Origin: Balanoglossus misakiensis
Lineage: Eukaryota; Animalia; Hemichordata
Length of the DNA stretch: 64,000 bases
Assembly: GCA_040954595.2 (NCBI GenBank)
Contig: CM082576.2
Coordinates: 5,616,760 to 5,680,759 of the forward strand
Direction: 5' to 3'
The notes beneath the pieces are model-generated. The model did not search any database. It worked only from the letters and a program-made list of their open reading frames with translations, and was not told the DNA's origin. Positions within the stretch are counted from its first letter, which is position 1; each line of letters opens with the position of its first letter. Positions 36,701 through 49,000 of this stretch are shown here, piece after piece. A program made the position numbers and the translations under genes.

Positions 36701-38623
36701 ACAGACATTATGAGTGCATCAGAAGTTCCTTTGAACTTTTGACTCCGCAGTCACCAGGCATGGGTGCTAGGAGTTGGATCTTAGTATCTACATCATGTGC
36801 ACACACAAAGTGTCTTCATCTTACAATGCCCTTCATGTACAGTAAAGCATTGTTCTATTCTCTGCAGATTGCAAACAGAAACTCCCAGTATTGATAGCTA
36901 CTTACCTTTGAACAGAGTGACGTGGCAGCACTCTGAATCAGTGCTTCTCTATTACCCAGATCTACAGGTACAGACATTCCTTCTAAAATTTCAACAGCTT
37001 TAGCAGAGGCCTTCTGAAATGCTTCTGAAATTATTGTTGGGTGAATTCCTGGAAAAGAAAATTCAACACATACTAGAACTAAAGGACCATACTAGTATAC
37101 CAATAATGCTTTGGGTTTTGTTTCTTTTTTTACTCGAGACAGATTCAGAGCAGCAAAGCGCATCAGAGGTTCCTTTGAAAGAGTTTCCTCAGACGTTTTC
37201 TCAGAGTTGGATTGTTAAATACATCATCTGCACTTTGCTGACAGAACTGAAATCTTCATTATTTTCTGCAACCTGGTCTTTAAAAAAAAAATACACACTT
37301 ACCCTTTGCAAGTAGTTTGGAACTTGCCTCTAAGAGACTGCCAGCAATTACTACTACTGATGTTGTACCGTCTCCAGCTTCAACATCTTGGGACTTGGAT
37401 AACTCTACAAACTACAAAAATAAATAAAAGGTCTTTCTTGGTAAATTGCTCATTTCTAAAAGTGAACTGTACTCAAACACAAAAACCAACATTGGACCAG
37501 CTTTTGATATTCATGTGATATCTCAAAAACCAATCAGATTTAAACAACGACAAATACAAAACTCATAATCATGCTGATGTTGACTGTATTGTGCAAACTG
37601 GTTAGAGCAATTTTACTTTGCAGCGAATAATCTCCCCTTAAGAACAAAACTTTTTTACAAGTTTGTGACTGACATCTATGATCATCAGGAAGAGCGGAAA
37701 TCCTTACCATTTTGGCTGCTGGGTGGGCCACTTGCATTTCTTTTAAAATTGTTGCACCATCATTTGTAATTGTGACATCACCAGTTGGGCTCTGGATCTG
37801 TAGACGGCAAGATGCAACCTGGGTTATACCATTTACAGACAATTCCATGAACAAACCTTGGATCTGGTTCTCTTAGTGGACACGACTATACCCCATGGCA
37901 ACGATACCATGGCAATGAGGGTGAGTTAGGGTTAGGGTTAGGAGGGTTAGGGGTGGCAATGTGAGGGTGAGTTTATCCCATACCCTAACCCTCCTAACCC
38001 TAACCCTAAAAAACCATGGTATCGCCATGGGGTATAGTCGTGTCCACTAAGGTAACCAGATCCCAAACCTTAATATACTGCATTGATGTTCAAAATAAGT
38101 TGCTGGTCTGTTTGGCGCTGAACTGCTGAGACATCAATGATCATGCAACAAAAATTACGTGCCATATTTTTTTATCACACAGACACATTGATACAAGTAG
38201 TAACATACCATTTTGTCCATGCCCCTTGGTCCAAGACTTGTCCTAACACAATCTGCAACAGCTGCAATTGAACAAAACCATTGCCAATTTTAGGAAAACT
38301 TATGCATTATTTACAATACTGATTAGTCATTCTCCAAGACTACATCACTGATGTACCTCTGACAAAATATAACGTGTGAATTATTTCATTTTTTCTATCT
38401 ATTGTTCATCCATTAACAGTCAATTGACAGTCAAACAAAGTATTTGCAATGCCATTTAGGGATTCCTCCCACGACACAATCACCAGGTCACCTACCACGA
38501 CAGTAATTGCAAATTTTGACAGTTACCTTTCGCTGCAACGATGTTGCTATCTCGTATTTGAGCCGGCTTCTCCTTGTCCTTGTACTGTTCCGAACGACGG
38601 CCACCTGAATTTTGTTCTGGCAT
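33774..38623 (-). CDS. CCT4: T-complex protein 1 subunit delta (~14 exons)
   Basis: ATG 38623 ([32 protein letters not shown]), then [18 protein letters not shown] (38261-38209), [12 protein letters not shown] (37797-37708), GDGTT motif (37411-37303), [42 protein letters not shown] and [12 protein letters not shown]. Final exon VATAGR* at 33794-33774. Confidence 0.96.
35266..35359 (-). ncRNA. Box C/D snoRNA, SNORD100 (HBII-429)-like, copy A, in CCT4 intron 9
   Basis: 12-bp terminal stem (GTTTGCATGTCC...GGACATGCAAAC), C box ATGATGA, D' CTGA, C' TGAGGA, D CTGA. The D' guide AGGACTCCCTCT is complementary to 18S AGAGGGAGCCU with one bulge; the D'+5 position falls on the G436 equivalent. Confidence 0.85.
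36227..36310 (-). ncRNA. Box C/D snoRNA, SNORD100-like, copy B, in CCT4 intron 6
   Basis: Identical to copy A over ~84 nt except C box GTGATGA versus ATGATGA. CATGTCC...GGACATG terminal stem. Confidence 0.85.
36714..36802 (-). ncRNA. Box C/D snoRNA, SNORD42 (U42)-like D guide plus putative 18S G683 D' guide, in CCT4 intron 5
   Basis: GTGCA/TGCAC stem with an extended external stem, C box ATGATGT, D box CTGA preceded by TTCAAAGGAACTT (pairs with 18S GGUUCCUUUG). Internal AAGATCCAACT pairs with 18S AGUUGGAUCUU; the D' box is degenerate. Confidence 0.75.
37151..37240 (-). ncRNA. Box C/D snoRNA, SNORD42-like D guide plus 28S G4494-type (SNORD69-like) D' guide, in CCT4 intron 4
   Basis: 12-bp terminal stem CAGCAAAGTGCA...TGCGCTTTGCTG, C ATGATGT, D' CTGA preceded by AACAATCCAACT (pairs with 28S GUUGGAUUGUU), C' TGAGGA, D CTGA preceded by TTCAAAGGAACCT. 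Confidence 0.85.
37860..38063. mobile_element. MITE (non-autonomous DNA transposon), 204 bp, long TIRs, 8-bp TSD, internal inverted telomeric repeats; CCT4 intron 2
   Basis: GGATCTGGTTCTCTTAGTGGACACGACTATACCCCATGGC... at left and ...GCCATGGGGTATAGTCGTGTCCACTAAGGTAACCAGATCC at right. CAAACCTT is duplicated at 37852-37859 and 38064-38071. Inner arms carry TTAGGG and CCCTAA units. Confidence 0.9.
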
Positions 38624-39052
38624 CTTGAAGATGGGTTACTTCAGCACTTACGAATCTATTTTTATTCGAATAAATCGATGGAGAATTGCAGATGGCCCTG
38701 GATTGTCTAACCCAACTTCAGTATCCTCACGTTGTCGTCTGTGGAATCCCTCAAGATGGCGCTCGGGTCTCGCCGCAAGTCTCGACAGCTCGTCTAGTAC
38801 GAGACTTACCTGGGATCCTCGCTCGGCTCGCAGACTTGCCCGAACGTGTTTCGCAAGTTGTAACATTACTTTTTTGAGTTTAGGCTTCACTAACAGACAA
38901 CAAATACGTGTTTCCTTTCAATTTTCTAGCATTTTATTAATTCGGAGTGCTTGTTTGTATTTTTGTAAAAAGGTACGAAGAGCACATCCACCTTACAAAT
39001 TCTACCCTCCGGACGAGACTAAGCACTGAGGTTGTTTGAAAGCAGATTCAAC
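38624..39052. promoter_or_regulatory. Bidirectional promoter CCT4/FAM161
   Basis: 429 bp between divergent ATGs, CpG-enriched relative to the flanks. YY1-type AAGATGGCG at 38753-38761. Confidence 0.65.
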
Positions 39053-41803
39053 ATGGCAACCGGGCATACGCTGTCCGTTGTAACAAATTCCTATGTCAGA
39101 ACCCCCGTAAATCCAAAAACCAGACTGGCTGCAACGCTGGACGAAAGAGACGGTACACTCCGGTCATCATGGAGAGGAGAATTTGGGATTTCGGGTGAAT
39201 ATCCCGACAACAGAGATGTGGAGGAGATGGCCGTAGAACCACCAGGTCAGATATCGCCCCGTCTTGTCAATTTAAATTCTACAGATAGGATGATTGAACA
39301 CCTTACCGATGATGTTGCTAATCTAACGGATGAAGAATTCTATCGGAGATTGCAGGACTTGAAGAGGGAGCATAAAAAGACCCTCGGAATGGTAGAACGC
39401 TTGTACAGTGAGAAGATAATAACAGACGAGACCATTCCAATTGACACCATTCACTTAGCTGATCATCACAAAACAAAACACATCGATGAGCAAATCGACG
39501 AGGTCAACAAAAGCCTGGAAGATCTTCAAAGAAGCTACAGGCTGGGATCACATTTGAAAGACAATGTCAGGGACATGTCTTCCAAACCACCCCTTCCCAC
39601 AATGACAACGAAGCCCCCTCAGTCAAAGAAGGCGTGGACCAACTCCCCAGTCCGCAGATCATACCCGGGAAAGCTCCGCCGCAGTGGTAGCTACTCGGGT
39701 GAAGACTGGAGGGATATAACGTGGAATGCAAGCTCTAGTCTAGATGATGATGCAGGTAGCACAGCATCTGCACCACCCAGAGAAAGGTCACCATCAGCAC
39801 TTGGGGTCATCGATGACATGTGGGATGGCTTCTCTGTGGATGATTATGCCCCACGCGCAAGATCCCGATCCCACACCAATCTCCGCAGGAGTTCAAGATC
39901 GTCTTCCACATCGAGCCTCAAAAAGGAATGGTCACCGAAAATAACAATCCCTAAACCATTCAACATGACTTTGAGGGACTCTGTGAAGGTCAAGAAAAAG
40001 ACCCGAGCAGCAGAGGAACTGGAGAGACAGTTATTAGAGAAACAAAAGGCTGAGGAAGCAGAATGCCAAAAGAAATTCAAGGCTAGCCCCGCGCCTGCAC
40101 ATACCTTCGTGCCACTCTACGATGAAATCATGGAAAAACAGATGGCCCAGAGACACCAAAACAGAGAACTGAGCAAAGAAATGGTGAAGTCGTTGGAAAA
40201 ACCATTCCGTTTCACAAAGAGGGAAGAGCAGAAAAAAGCCCACCGCCGAGCTACGTCTATGCCCCTGACTGAAAATGTCAAACTCAGTAGAAAGTTCAAA
40301 GCCAAGCCAGTACCCAAGCACGTTTACTCGACAACAGTTGCTGACAGAATGGAAGAAGAAGAGGAGTACAGAAAAATTCGAATTAAAATGAGAGCCGAAG
40401 AAATGCTGCAGAAGTCCCAACTTCCAAAGAATATGCAAATAAGAGGAACCGAATATACAGATGGACGAATGCGGCACCGACTCATGCAAGATCGTGAAAA
40501 CAAGGCGTTCATCACCAAAGAACACAAATTCAAACCAAGGGTTAACCACGAAATACCAGATTATGATGAGCAGTACCAAAAATTTCACAAAAAGATGTCA
40601 AAGAAAAAGTACGAAAAAGAAGCTACGGCTGTTGAACCTTTCAATCTGCGCACGTCTCGCCTGAGATCCAGTAGAGCAAAAATACTGAAAGATATGGAAG
40701 AAGATGAAACCAGATTGAAAGAGCAACGCTGGCCGTTCACAAGTACTCGCTCAATGTCGCCAACTCCGAGGGGTTCCATCAATATATCCGATGATGCCAT
40801 TCCCGCAAAGATGACACAGGCAGCTCAGATGAGAGAAAGTGTGGTGAGAAAAAGCATTGAAGACAGGGTGGAGAAACAGAAAAGTGAATTGGAGAAGGAA
40901 AGAATGAAGCGATTCAGGGAGAGGAAAATGAGGAAATATATAGCTGAGAAAGCACGTGCCAATGATCAGTCACCATCACTGAAAGCTTCACACCAGGAGA
41001 AACTAAAACAATACAAGTGAGTTTCCGCACTGTGTGATATTATTATGTTTGCTTCATTTTGAGGATGTTATGTCATGTGGGCATGCAAATATATTTTGTA
41101 ACATCAACAATATTCTGTCATGGTTTCATGTTGTCTTCTTGTTTATTGTAGGCAATCAGAGCGATCACGTCAAGAGGAATATGAGCAAGAACTGCAGGAG
41201 ATGATGGCAAGAATTGAGAGCCAGCCCTTACTGTTTGAGAGAGAGTCGCAGGTAAACTCGATAATCATTCTTAAATTGAAGTGAATGTAAATGTTTGTGG
41301 ATATTGTGCATTGAAGCATTGTAAGGCCTCTCACCATATTTACTGAAGACTCAGATTGTCAGTGTTTTCCTCTGTTAGACCTCAACTATTTGGGTATGAA
41401 AGTCTGGTATAACCTTGTTTGTAGAAATTACAGAAAACACAGTTCAACGTATTTTCATTTGGTGACTTTCTCCGATTTTTGTGCTTGATCACAGACAAAT
41501 GCCAAGCGACAGGCTGAGAAGAAATATCAGCAGGCCCTGAAGGATGCTGGAGTTGAAGAGAGCTTCATTCTCAGGAAGAGTGGTGGAAAAGCCTCGGCGC
41601 TCCAAGACTACAGCGACAGCGACGACAATTATGACGACGACAAGTACAATTACTCTGATACTTTCAGTGGTTCTGCCAGTCGTTCAGCGTCAACCAAAGA
41701 TAAACCTGCAAGTGCCTCTTACAGCCATGAGCATGATGGTGTTGATGATGATGATGATGATGATGATGTGACCGTCAGCTCCATTCACACCGAAGAAGAT
41801 TAG
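39053..41803 (+). CDS. FAM161A: FAM161 (UPF0564 domain) centriolar/ciliary microtubule-binding protein (3 exons)
   Basis: Exons 39053-41016, 41152-41251, 41495-41803. The N-terminus MATGH...VRTPVNPKT and EEFYRRLQDLKREH resemble FAM161A; PKITIPKPFNMTLR, ECQKKFKASPAP, FKAKPVP and PLLFER motifs present. Likely co-ortholog of FAM161A/B. Confidence 0.88.
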
Positions 41804-41889
41804 ATTTCATGCCTAGTATAATCTAGATGCAGCCGATTCTCTCAAAGCCACAGACTTTTGAATGAACTTGTGACCAGATAGCTGACTAA

Positions 41890-41979
41890 TTCAACCCCAT
41901 CCCCTGTAAATTGGTCCAACTCCTTGTTTTCAGTGGTAAAGTTGCACCAGTATGTAGGCAATGGGGGTGGAAGGGCTCA
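41890..41979 (-). mobile_element. Degenerate copy of a ~90-bp TTAA-flanked MITE (FAM161 3' UTR)
   Basis: Resembles the reverse complement of 62802-62891 (TTGGTCC..TCC..TTTTC..TGGTAAAGTTG.ACC...AATGG.GGTG.AAGG). Confidence 0.55.
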
Positions 41980-44900
41980 GTTCCATGACTGACAATAGAT
42001 AGGTGTTAGACATGTCCAAATTTTGTCTGTCCTTTTTTGTTCAAACTGCAGATCTACAAACTGCTGTCATTGCATGGCAGGTAATTCTGTTCCATGACAA
42101 TAAATCCAAAGATTTTCATTCAACTCACTGAGTAATAATCCAAAATGTATCACACTTACCACCAGTTGTTGAGAAACAATATTCCAATCAGTAGCGAGAA
42201 ATATGTTGTATTTTTTTTCATGGCCGTAACAAGTAGTAAGTTAACACATACATGTAATGTTTTCATCCTTTTAGTACATATATTGTGATGAAACATATCA
42301 ACATATTGCACTGTTTATTGGAATTTAAAGAGTGACAACAAAATAAATCAATTTTTCAAATGTGGAGTACAGCAGATTTAGAAGTGTAATTTAACATGTG
42401 ATCAGTTACATAGACATAGAGATGTGAATTTTTGTTCATAACACCAAGTGTATTTTTCCCAAAAGCTACTTATTTCAGTGTAATTCCATGTGTATAGAAA
42501 TTAATTTTATGTCTTTATATATTTGATTTATAGTACATGTATTTAGTTTTGTATGATTGATTTATTTAAAATTTTCATCATTTGATGTAATAATATATTT
42601 CTTTAATTCTTTGTAAATTGATCCTGTATTGAAATACAGTAGTTAGGATGACAAAAAATCTGACCAGTTGGTCAACGATATGTAATACATGGCAAAATGA
42701 TTGAAGTGCCCTAACGAGGAGCTTGTGACTGAATGTTGTTTGTTCTTGTGAAGCGCCATCAGTGTCAGAATACTTAACAAAGTAGAAGTTGTATTTAATC
42801 CCGGTCTCAGGAGAAAAAATGTAATGAGATACGTCAACAGTTTATGTATATATGGATTGCAATGTCAGAAATTATTTCAAAGTCCAATAAAATTTCTCTT
42901 TTTGATATATACTTGATGTACTGTTCATTCTGTACATGCACATCTTTCCGGAGTAATTGCTATAAGATCCATTCCCTGAAAGATAAGTGTTCTTGCATTG
43001 ACACTCTAATTACCATGTAGCTTAGTTTCTTGGGTGGAGAGGGTGTGTGTAAAAAAAATCAACAGCCATTATTTGCAATGAGTCCACGCAAGACTTGGAT
43101 GCGATCTGATTAAAGTCAAACGTAGGGTTTACTCAATCTTTACATTTGCCGATTCTTGGCTGTCCTGTTCTCAGATGTCCGCCACAAATGTAAAGATCAA
43201 GCCCACCCTACATCTGATTGTAATCAGATTGGACTTGAAAGGCAACTTGTTAGAGAATGTGTAATAAAATACCACTGAAACATATATAGTACCAGAATAC
43301 ATCACTTTTTATTTGTTAATAAGTCGGTGAATGAAACCGGAAAACAAATCTTTGTTGCCCTCTTGCCAGGTACACACACAACACAAGGAAATTCAAAATT
43401 ACACGGCTGCCCTCTCTGTTCATTTTTATCTACTCTACAACACTGCTATCAAAACGTCACAACTTTGCTGATGGAAACCAGTGAAAAGAGACTGCCTATG
43501 ATATTGATAGAACCAAGTGTGGCAACACCTACAGAATTCTTCAAAGCCATTTTCCAGCTGTAAAATTTTCATCAAAATAAATGTTTGGTGTACAAAAGAT
43601 GCATGAAATTAAACCTTGTGCGTTGCAGGCCGGTCCACCAATCATAACAAGGCAAGTTCAGAAATGTTACAAAGTTGTTAGAAAGTAATTTCATGAATCA
43701 GCCTCAGGATCGAAGTTCTGTCTCGGATGATGAAAAGCACAGGACTTGGACAATTCTCTCAACCACGGTTTGCTTACTAGTAAAACCATCCTACCTCTCC
43801 TACATGACTGAATGAGTACTTAACTTTTTTATTCCGCACATGGACACTGGAATGCAGGTCAAATTTTTTTATTCCACACACAACACAGGAATAAGAGGAA
43901 AAGTAATTTGAGCATTCACGTTTGTGTAGGTGTTCTTGTGCACCATTCAATGCAGACTAATGAGTTGTCAACAATTGCACCACATGCATACCACCAGACT
44001 GCAACATTTTCTGCCACTAAAGGCAGGCTACCAAGAAAATGATGAGTGTTCAACAAACGCTGGTAATGACAAGTTCCTGCACACAGAGCATATCAAAGTT
44101 CCGGCGACGCTGGTATAAATCAAGCACATACTGCTGTTATGTAAATATGTGCAGAGAAGATCGATACCTCAGATCCAGAAAAAACAACATATGATATATG
44201 ATGATGCAGGTAAATAATCCAATCTGTGCCCAAGTTACTTAATCCTCCAGTTCCAATGTCTGTCTGAAACATATCAATCATAAAACACATTTCTACCTAC
44301 TAATTCACATCACCATAGCAGCTGACAACCAGGGAAAAAGAAGTCTTTTAAACATACAGTTCATGAAAATTTCATAAACATTATTTACAAATGAGGTAAT
44401 ATCATACTACAATTTAGCACACGGCCTAACATCAAATGGCAAGGCTTTATGCAAAAATACAAATAGAAATCAAACGCACTGCACTGGTACTGCACTTATC
44501 AAAATACCGCATTTTCTGCCTGACAAACTATTGCTTTCTTAAAACAGATGCTGTAATTAATGCATTCTAGTGAAAGTTAACATGTGGAAATAGGAGCACG
44601 GATACACAGTATCCAAATGGAAACTCCACTGCAATTATTTCTGATTTTTTCTTTTGTAGCAGCAGTCAATTACCAATTCAATAATTAGTCTAGGCTACCA
44701 ACAACACAGAATCTGTACTCTTGCAAACTCTATATATGAAGTTATAAACTTTCTCAATCATGTGAAAAATCCTTTGAGGACAAAATTAAAGGAAAAAAGG
44801 AATATATTGAGAACATCATGAGTTCCCATTTGATTGAAACTACAGTGGTGACCCATATCAAACTGACGTTAATTTTGTGCTAAGCTCTATCCCCATGCTA

Positions 44901-46041
44901 ACACTATATTTCCCCAAAAAACATTTATAAAATGTGTAATTGTCTCTTGTCAACATACAAATGATACAATAAATACAGAGTAAATCTTAAACTGCACTGG
45001 AAAAATTTGGATGAAAAATGGATGACAACACAAAATCCTAAACTACCATTCTGACAGCACTGTTGGCCTTAATGTCATTAACTTGGTTACAACAAATTCA
45101 AACAAAGCTTTTTTTTTCATCTGAAGTGATGAAAACAAACACCAATGACAAAAAAAGAAAAGAAATGCTGCTGTATTGTTGTAAATGTGGAATTTGCAAT
45201 TTCGTTTAACTTTAACCAGACTTCACTTTCCTACTGTAGATGGCAGCACCCAGCAGTTTACAGCCAGAAGAAGGCAGGAAAGTTGAACTTTTTTTACAAG
45301 ATCATGGCAACGATTTTCAAAATGACCGACTTCGCTGGAAGAGTGGAAATATGGTTAGGTGAAATGTTTCAAAATCCATATTACATCAGGCATATAGCAT
45401 AGATGTTCTTTTCGTCAGAGAAGGCATTATTTTATCACTCTGGCACATTGATACTCAAAATTATTTTGAAATTGCCTATAATTCCAGATTCTCTTTCCCT
45501 AGCAACTATCATCATTCATACCGAAGGTAAAGCTACAAGACTTGTAAATACACATAATACAAAAAATATACGACAAAGGTCCCCACAGGGGCAAAAAGTT
45601 TTCATTTTGGAGTATTCTTGCAACAGCTAATAATTACCAAGTCCATTTGAAGTTCACTACGAAACATTAATTTGAAATCTAAATCTAAAATACACAACTT
45701 TACTATCAAAAGTAGTAAGGCCATCTGAATTTACCTTCATATGGCAGCTACAAAGAATATAGATACAACTGTACAAGAAAGTCTTTGTCGAAAAAATAGT
45801 TTCCATGTATAAGTTGCTAAAAATACTTATCTGTAGTTTTTGTTCTCTCTACTTACAGTACCAAAGGGTACAGTTGAATTTCCAGCAATGAAATAAGTAG
45901 TACAGTAGTAATTTTTTAACGTTTAATTAAACAAAAGTCTCCTGAAATGTGATTGCTAAATGAATGCTGGCTTATTGAAAATGAAATACCAGGGTATTAA
46001 TAAAAAATGTTTCCTTTCTCTCCCCACCCCCTTGTTGGAAT

Positions 46042-49000
46042 TCAATCTTGCATTTCCTCCGGCATATCGTGGGGATTGATAATTCCTGGAACAGCCATCT
46101 GGATTTTCCTCTTTTCTTCCACTGCTTGTCGCAGAGATGTTTCACGCTCTTCCAGGAAGAGGTCTGATATGTCATCACCTGCAAACTCCTAAATGACAGA
46201 AGATTGGGCGTGTTAAGGTTAACCATATCCACTTTGATATGACAAGGATGCTTAGTGTCTGAGAGACTATTGTTGCAGATGTCTGGTAAAACAAAACCTA
46301 CCTTAATCTGAACCAGGAAGTCTCTCAAATGTTCTTTGAATTGCGGGATATCATGATTTAAACTGAACAATCCGGTGACAAATATTTTCACTTGGGCGCT
46401 AGAAGAGAAAAGAAAATATCAGTAAAGTTCACATTCCCCTTGCACTATCACATAATTATACTGGCATGGTTGTATATAACACCAGACAGTGTACAAGAGT
46501 AGTACTACAACATTTGATTTATACCATGTTCTAGTAAGATTAAGTCAGCCTTTCAGGACTGAGTTATTGACACGTTCAACAAAAGGTAGGTTAGCTAAAT
46601 TAACTTACTCTTGAAGGTGAGGGAAGGCAGCTTTCAGGAGATTGGCAGTGAATTCCTTGATGTAGTGGTCATTGGACAAGCTTCCTTGAGTTGAAGACAG
46701 GGGAACTGTGATCTTATTCTGTTCAACCAAGCTGAACATATACGAAAGGATGGTTGCATGCATTGTCAGCCCTACAAGAAGAAAACAATGTTGGGTAAGT
46801 TGCATATAAACAAAGAAGCCACATAAATCATTTTGGAAAACAAACAACTGATGTGGTTGTACAACTTATGATCCCAACACAGAACACTGTATTTGGAATT
46901 CTTATCCTAAACTGCAGTACTTGGGGAGTGTCAGACTGGGTGTATTAGTGAAGAATATCCAGAAGTATGATTTTGAAGTTTTTCATGACTTTGAATGAAT
47001 TGAGAATCGTAGACATACCGGCTGTGTGTGAAGTATCTGTTACCACTGACAGAACATGTTGAAGGACATCAGTGTAGTAGGTCTGGTAGAAACTCTGACC
47101 TGCCTGTTCATTTTGCCAAACATTCTGAAGGAGGCCAAACAGAATGCTCAAACCTATACGAAAGAAATACGAAACATTGTTACAACAGAAATGCAACACA
47201 GACCTTATGAGTCCCTAGCAAGTCATGCTAGCATTGCATGAAGGTTACGTGACAAAAGTCCAAAATGTCTGATGAGAAATGGAGTTGAAGTCATTGTTAC
47301 AAAATGTAGCATGATGCATTTTATGTAGGTGTGTGTACCACCATGGACTATGTTTGTAAACTTACCCGTGTCAGCAACATTCCTCATGGTGTGTTTGAAC
47401 GCCCAGATAATTGAGTCTAAAACAAGTTTAAACTGCATTGGTGGGATGTTAAGCAAAGCTGGGAAACAGTGTGAATTGACTGCTTGTAGCAGCAGGAAAA
47501 AGTTGGTCCTGTGCTCGGGAAACTCTTCAAAGTTCTTATTAATCATATCAAGAGTACATTCAAAGACGGCATCGAAAATCTTGGGCACTTCCGCAGTAAT
47601 ATGATTTTCCAGTTTGTTGACTATCGTTGCCATTGTGCTGAGCACTTCAGGCTCCCGAGCTGCAGGAACATTCCTTGCATAATCACAAAGCACTGCATCA
47701 AGTAAGGGGGGAATGAAGTTCTCCACAACCTGCAAGAACACAATATTTATCTCATGAGATTCATCTGACAAGCCACACACATCAAAGGATGTTCAGCACT
47801 CGCATATGAATGTGTGACAACACTGCACCAGTGTCCTCTGGACAATTTGCACATCTATACAAAAATGTTCACAATCAGATAGAAGTAGAGGGTCATGTTA
47901 TATAAAGCATGTATTGCTTCCTGGGTTTCTCGTTTTCGCGAGGATTTATAGCGGCACTCACCATTTGAGGTTCATTTGACCTGCTAACCCATCCTGATAT
48001 GAGTTTGAGTGTTTCTTTTTTCACTGTGCGCATACTCCTTATGAGGGGCTGCTTTGTCACCATCTCTCCATTAGAACTTATTGCTCCTGAGATATTTTCA
48101 CTCATACACTTGTAGATATTCAGCATGTCAAGGTATATTCTGCCCAACTGCATAGAAGCAAATGATAGGAAGGTTTAAATGACATTTCCTGTGCAATGAT
48201 TGATTTACAGATTGATGCCATTCTACTATGAAAACTGCTAGAAAAAAAGTCAAACTCTTCTAAATAAATGTTTCTTACCTGTAGTACAAATGGATGGCCA
48301 ACAGCTTTGCACGCCCTGACATTCGTCTTAAGTATACTTCCAAGCTGTTTCACAATTTCTGGTTCCCTAAGCACATCAACATTCTGTAAGAGGAAGAAGC
48401 CTCACATCATGAAATAACATCTTATTTGCTTACAATATCTGAATGATAACTTCATATATTGAAGAAACTTACTGCTCTGATTCACACGACTCAGATTACT
48501 GTAAGCGTTTCTAACGAGTGATGTCACATGTAGTTCAAAGTCAAAAACCTACCTTTGAGGCTTGTTGGATGATGCCATCCCACACTTGATTTGGCAGAAG
48601 CATGTACTTTTCAATCAAATGCTCTTGAACCACTGCGTCGGTTTGTGCACTTATCATGTAGCCCACTGCTTCATAGAATGTGTGAACCTGGTGAAGTGAT
48701 GATACATACACTGGTTTCAAGTCTTGTTCAGCACACAGTGACATTATTTCCATCATCTTGGCATTTGTAATTTGAAAATATACACTCAGTGGGCGTTTGC
48801 TTATCACAACAACGGGAATGTACTAGAATGCTATCATTATGACTCTACCCACTGAAAGTCAACTGCGTGGGATTGATCTGCATGTGCCATGTTTTTTCAA
48901 GGGATTGGTTTGTTGAATCACATACATACTGACAATTCACAACGGTCTAAGACTAATGTCTACAACTACAAGTAACACACCTGCTGTGGCTGGAGGTCAC

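Noticed and set aside
37925-38009. Head-to-head TTAGGG/CCCTAA as an ancient telomere fusion site
   Set aside because: The arrays are very short and sit inside TIRs flanked by an 8-bp TSD, so they are part of a transposon.
38574-39029. 151-aa plus-strand ORF and overlapping short ORFs in the CCT4/FAM161 promoter
   Set aside because: GC-richer promoter DNA gives chance ORFs; no recognisable domain, and it overlaps CCT4 exon 1 antisense.
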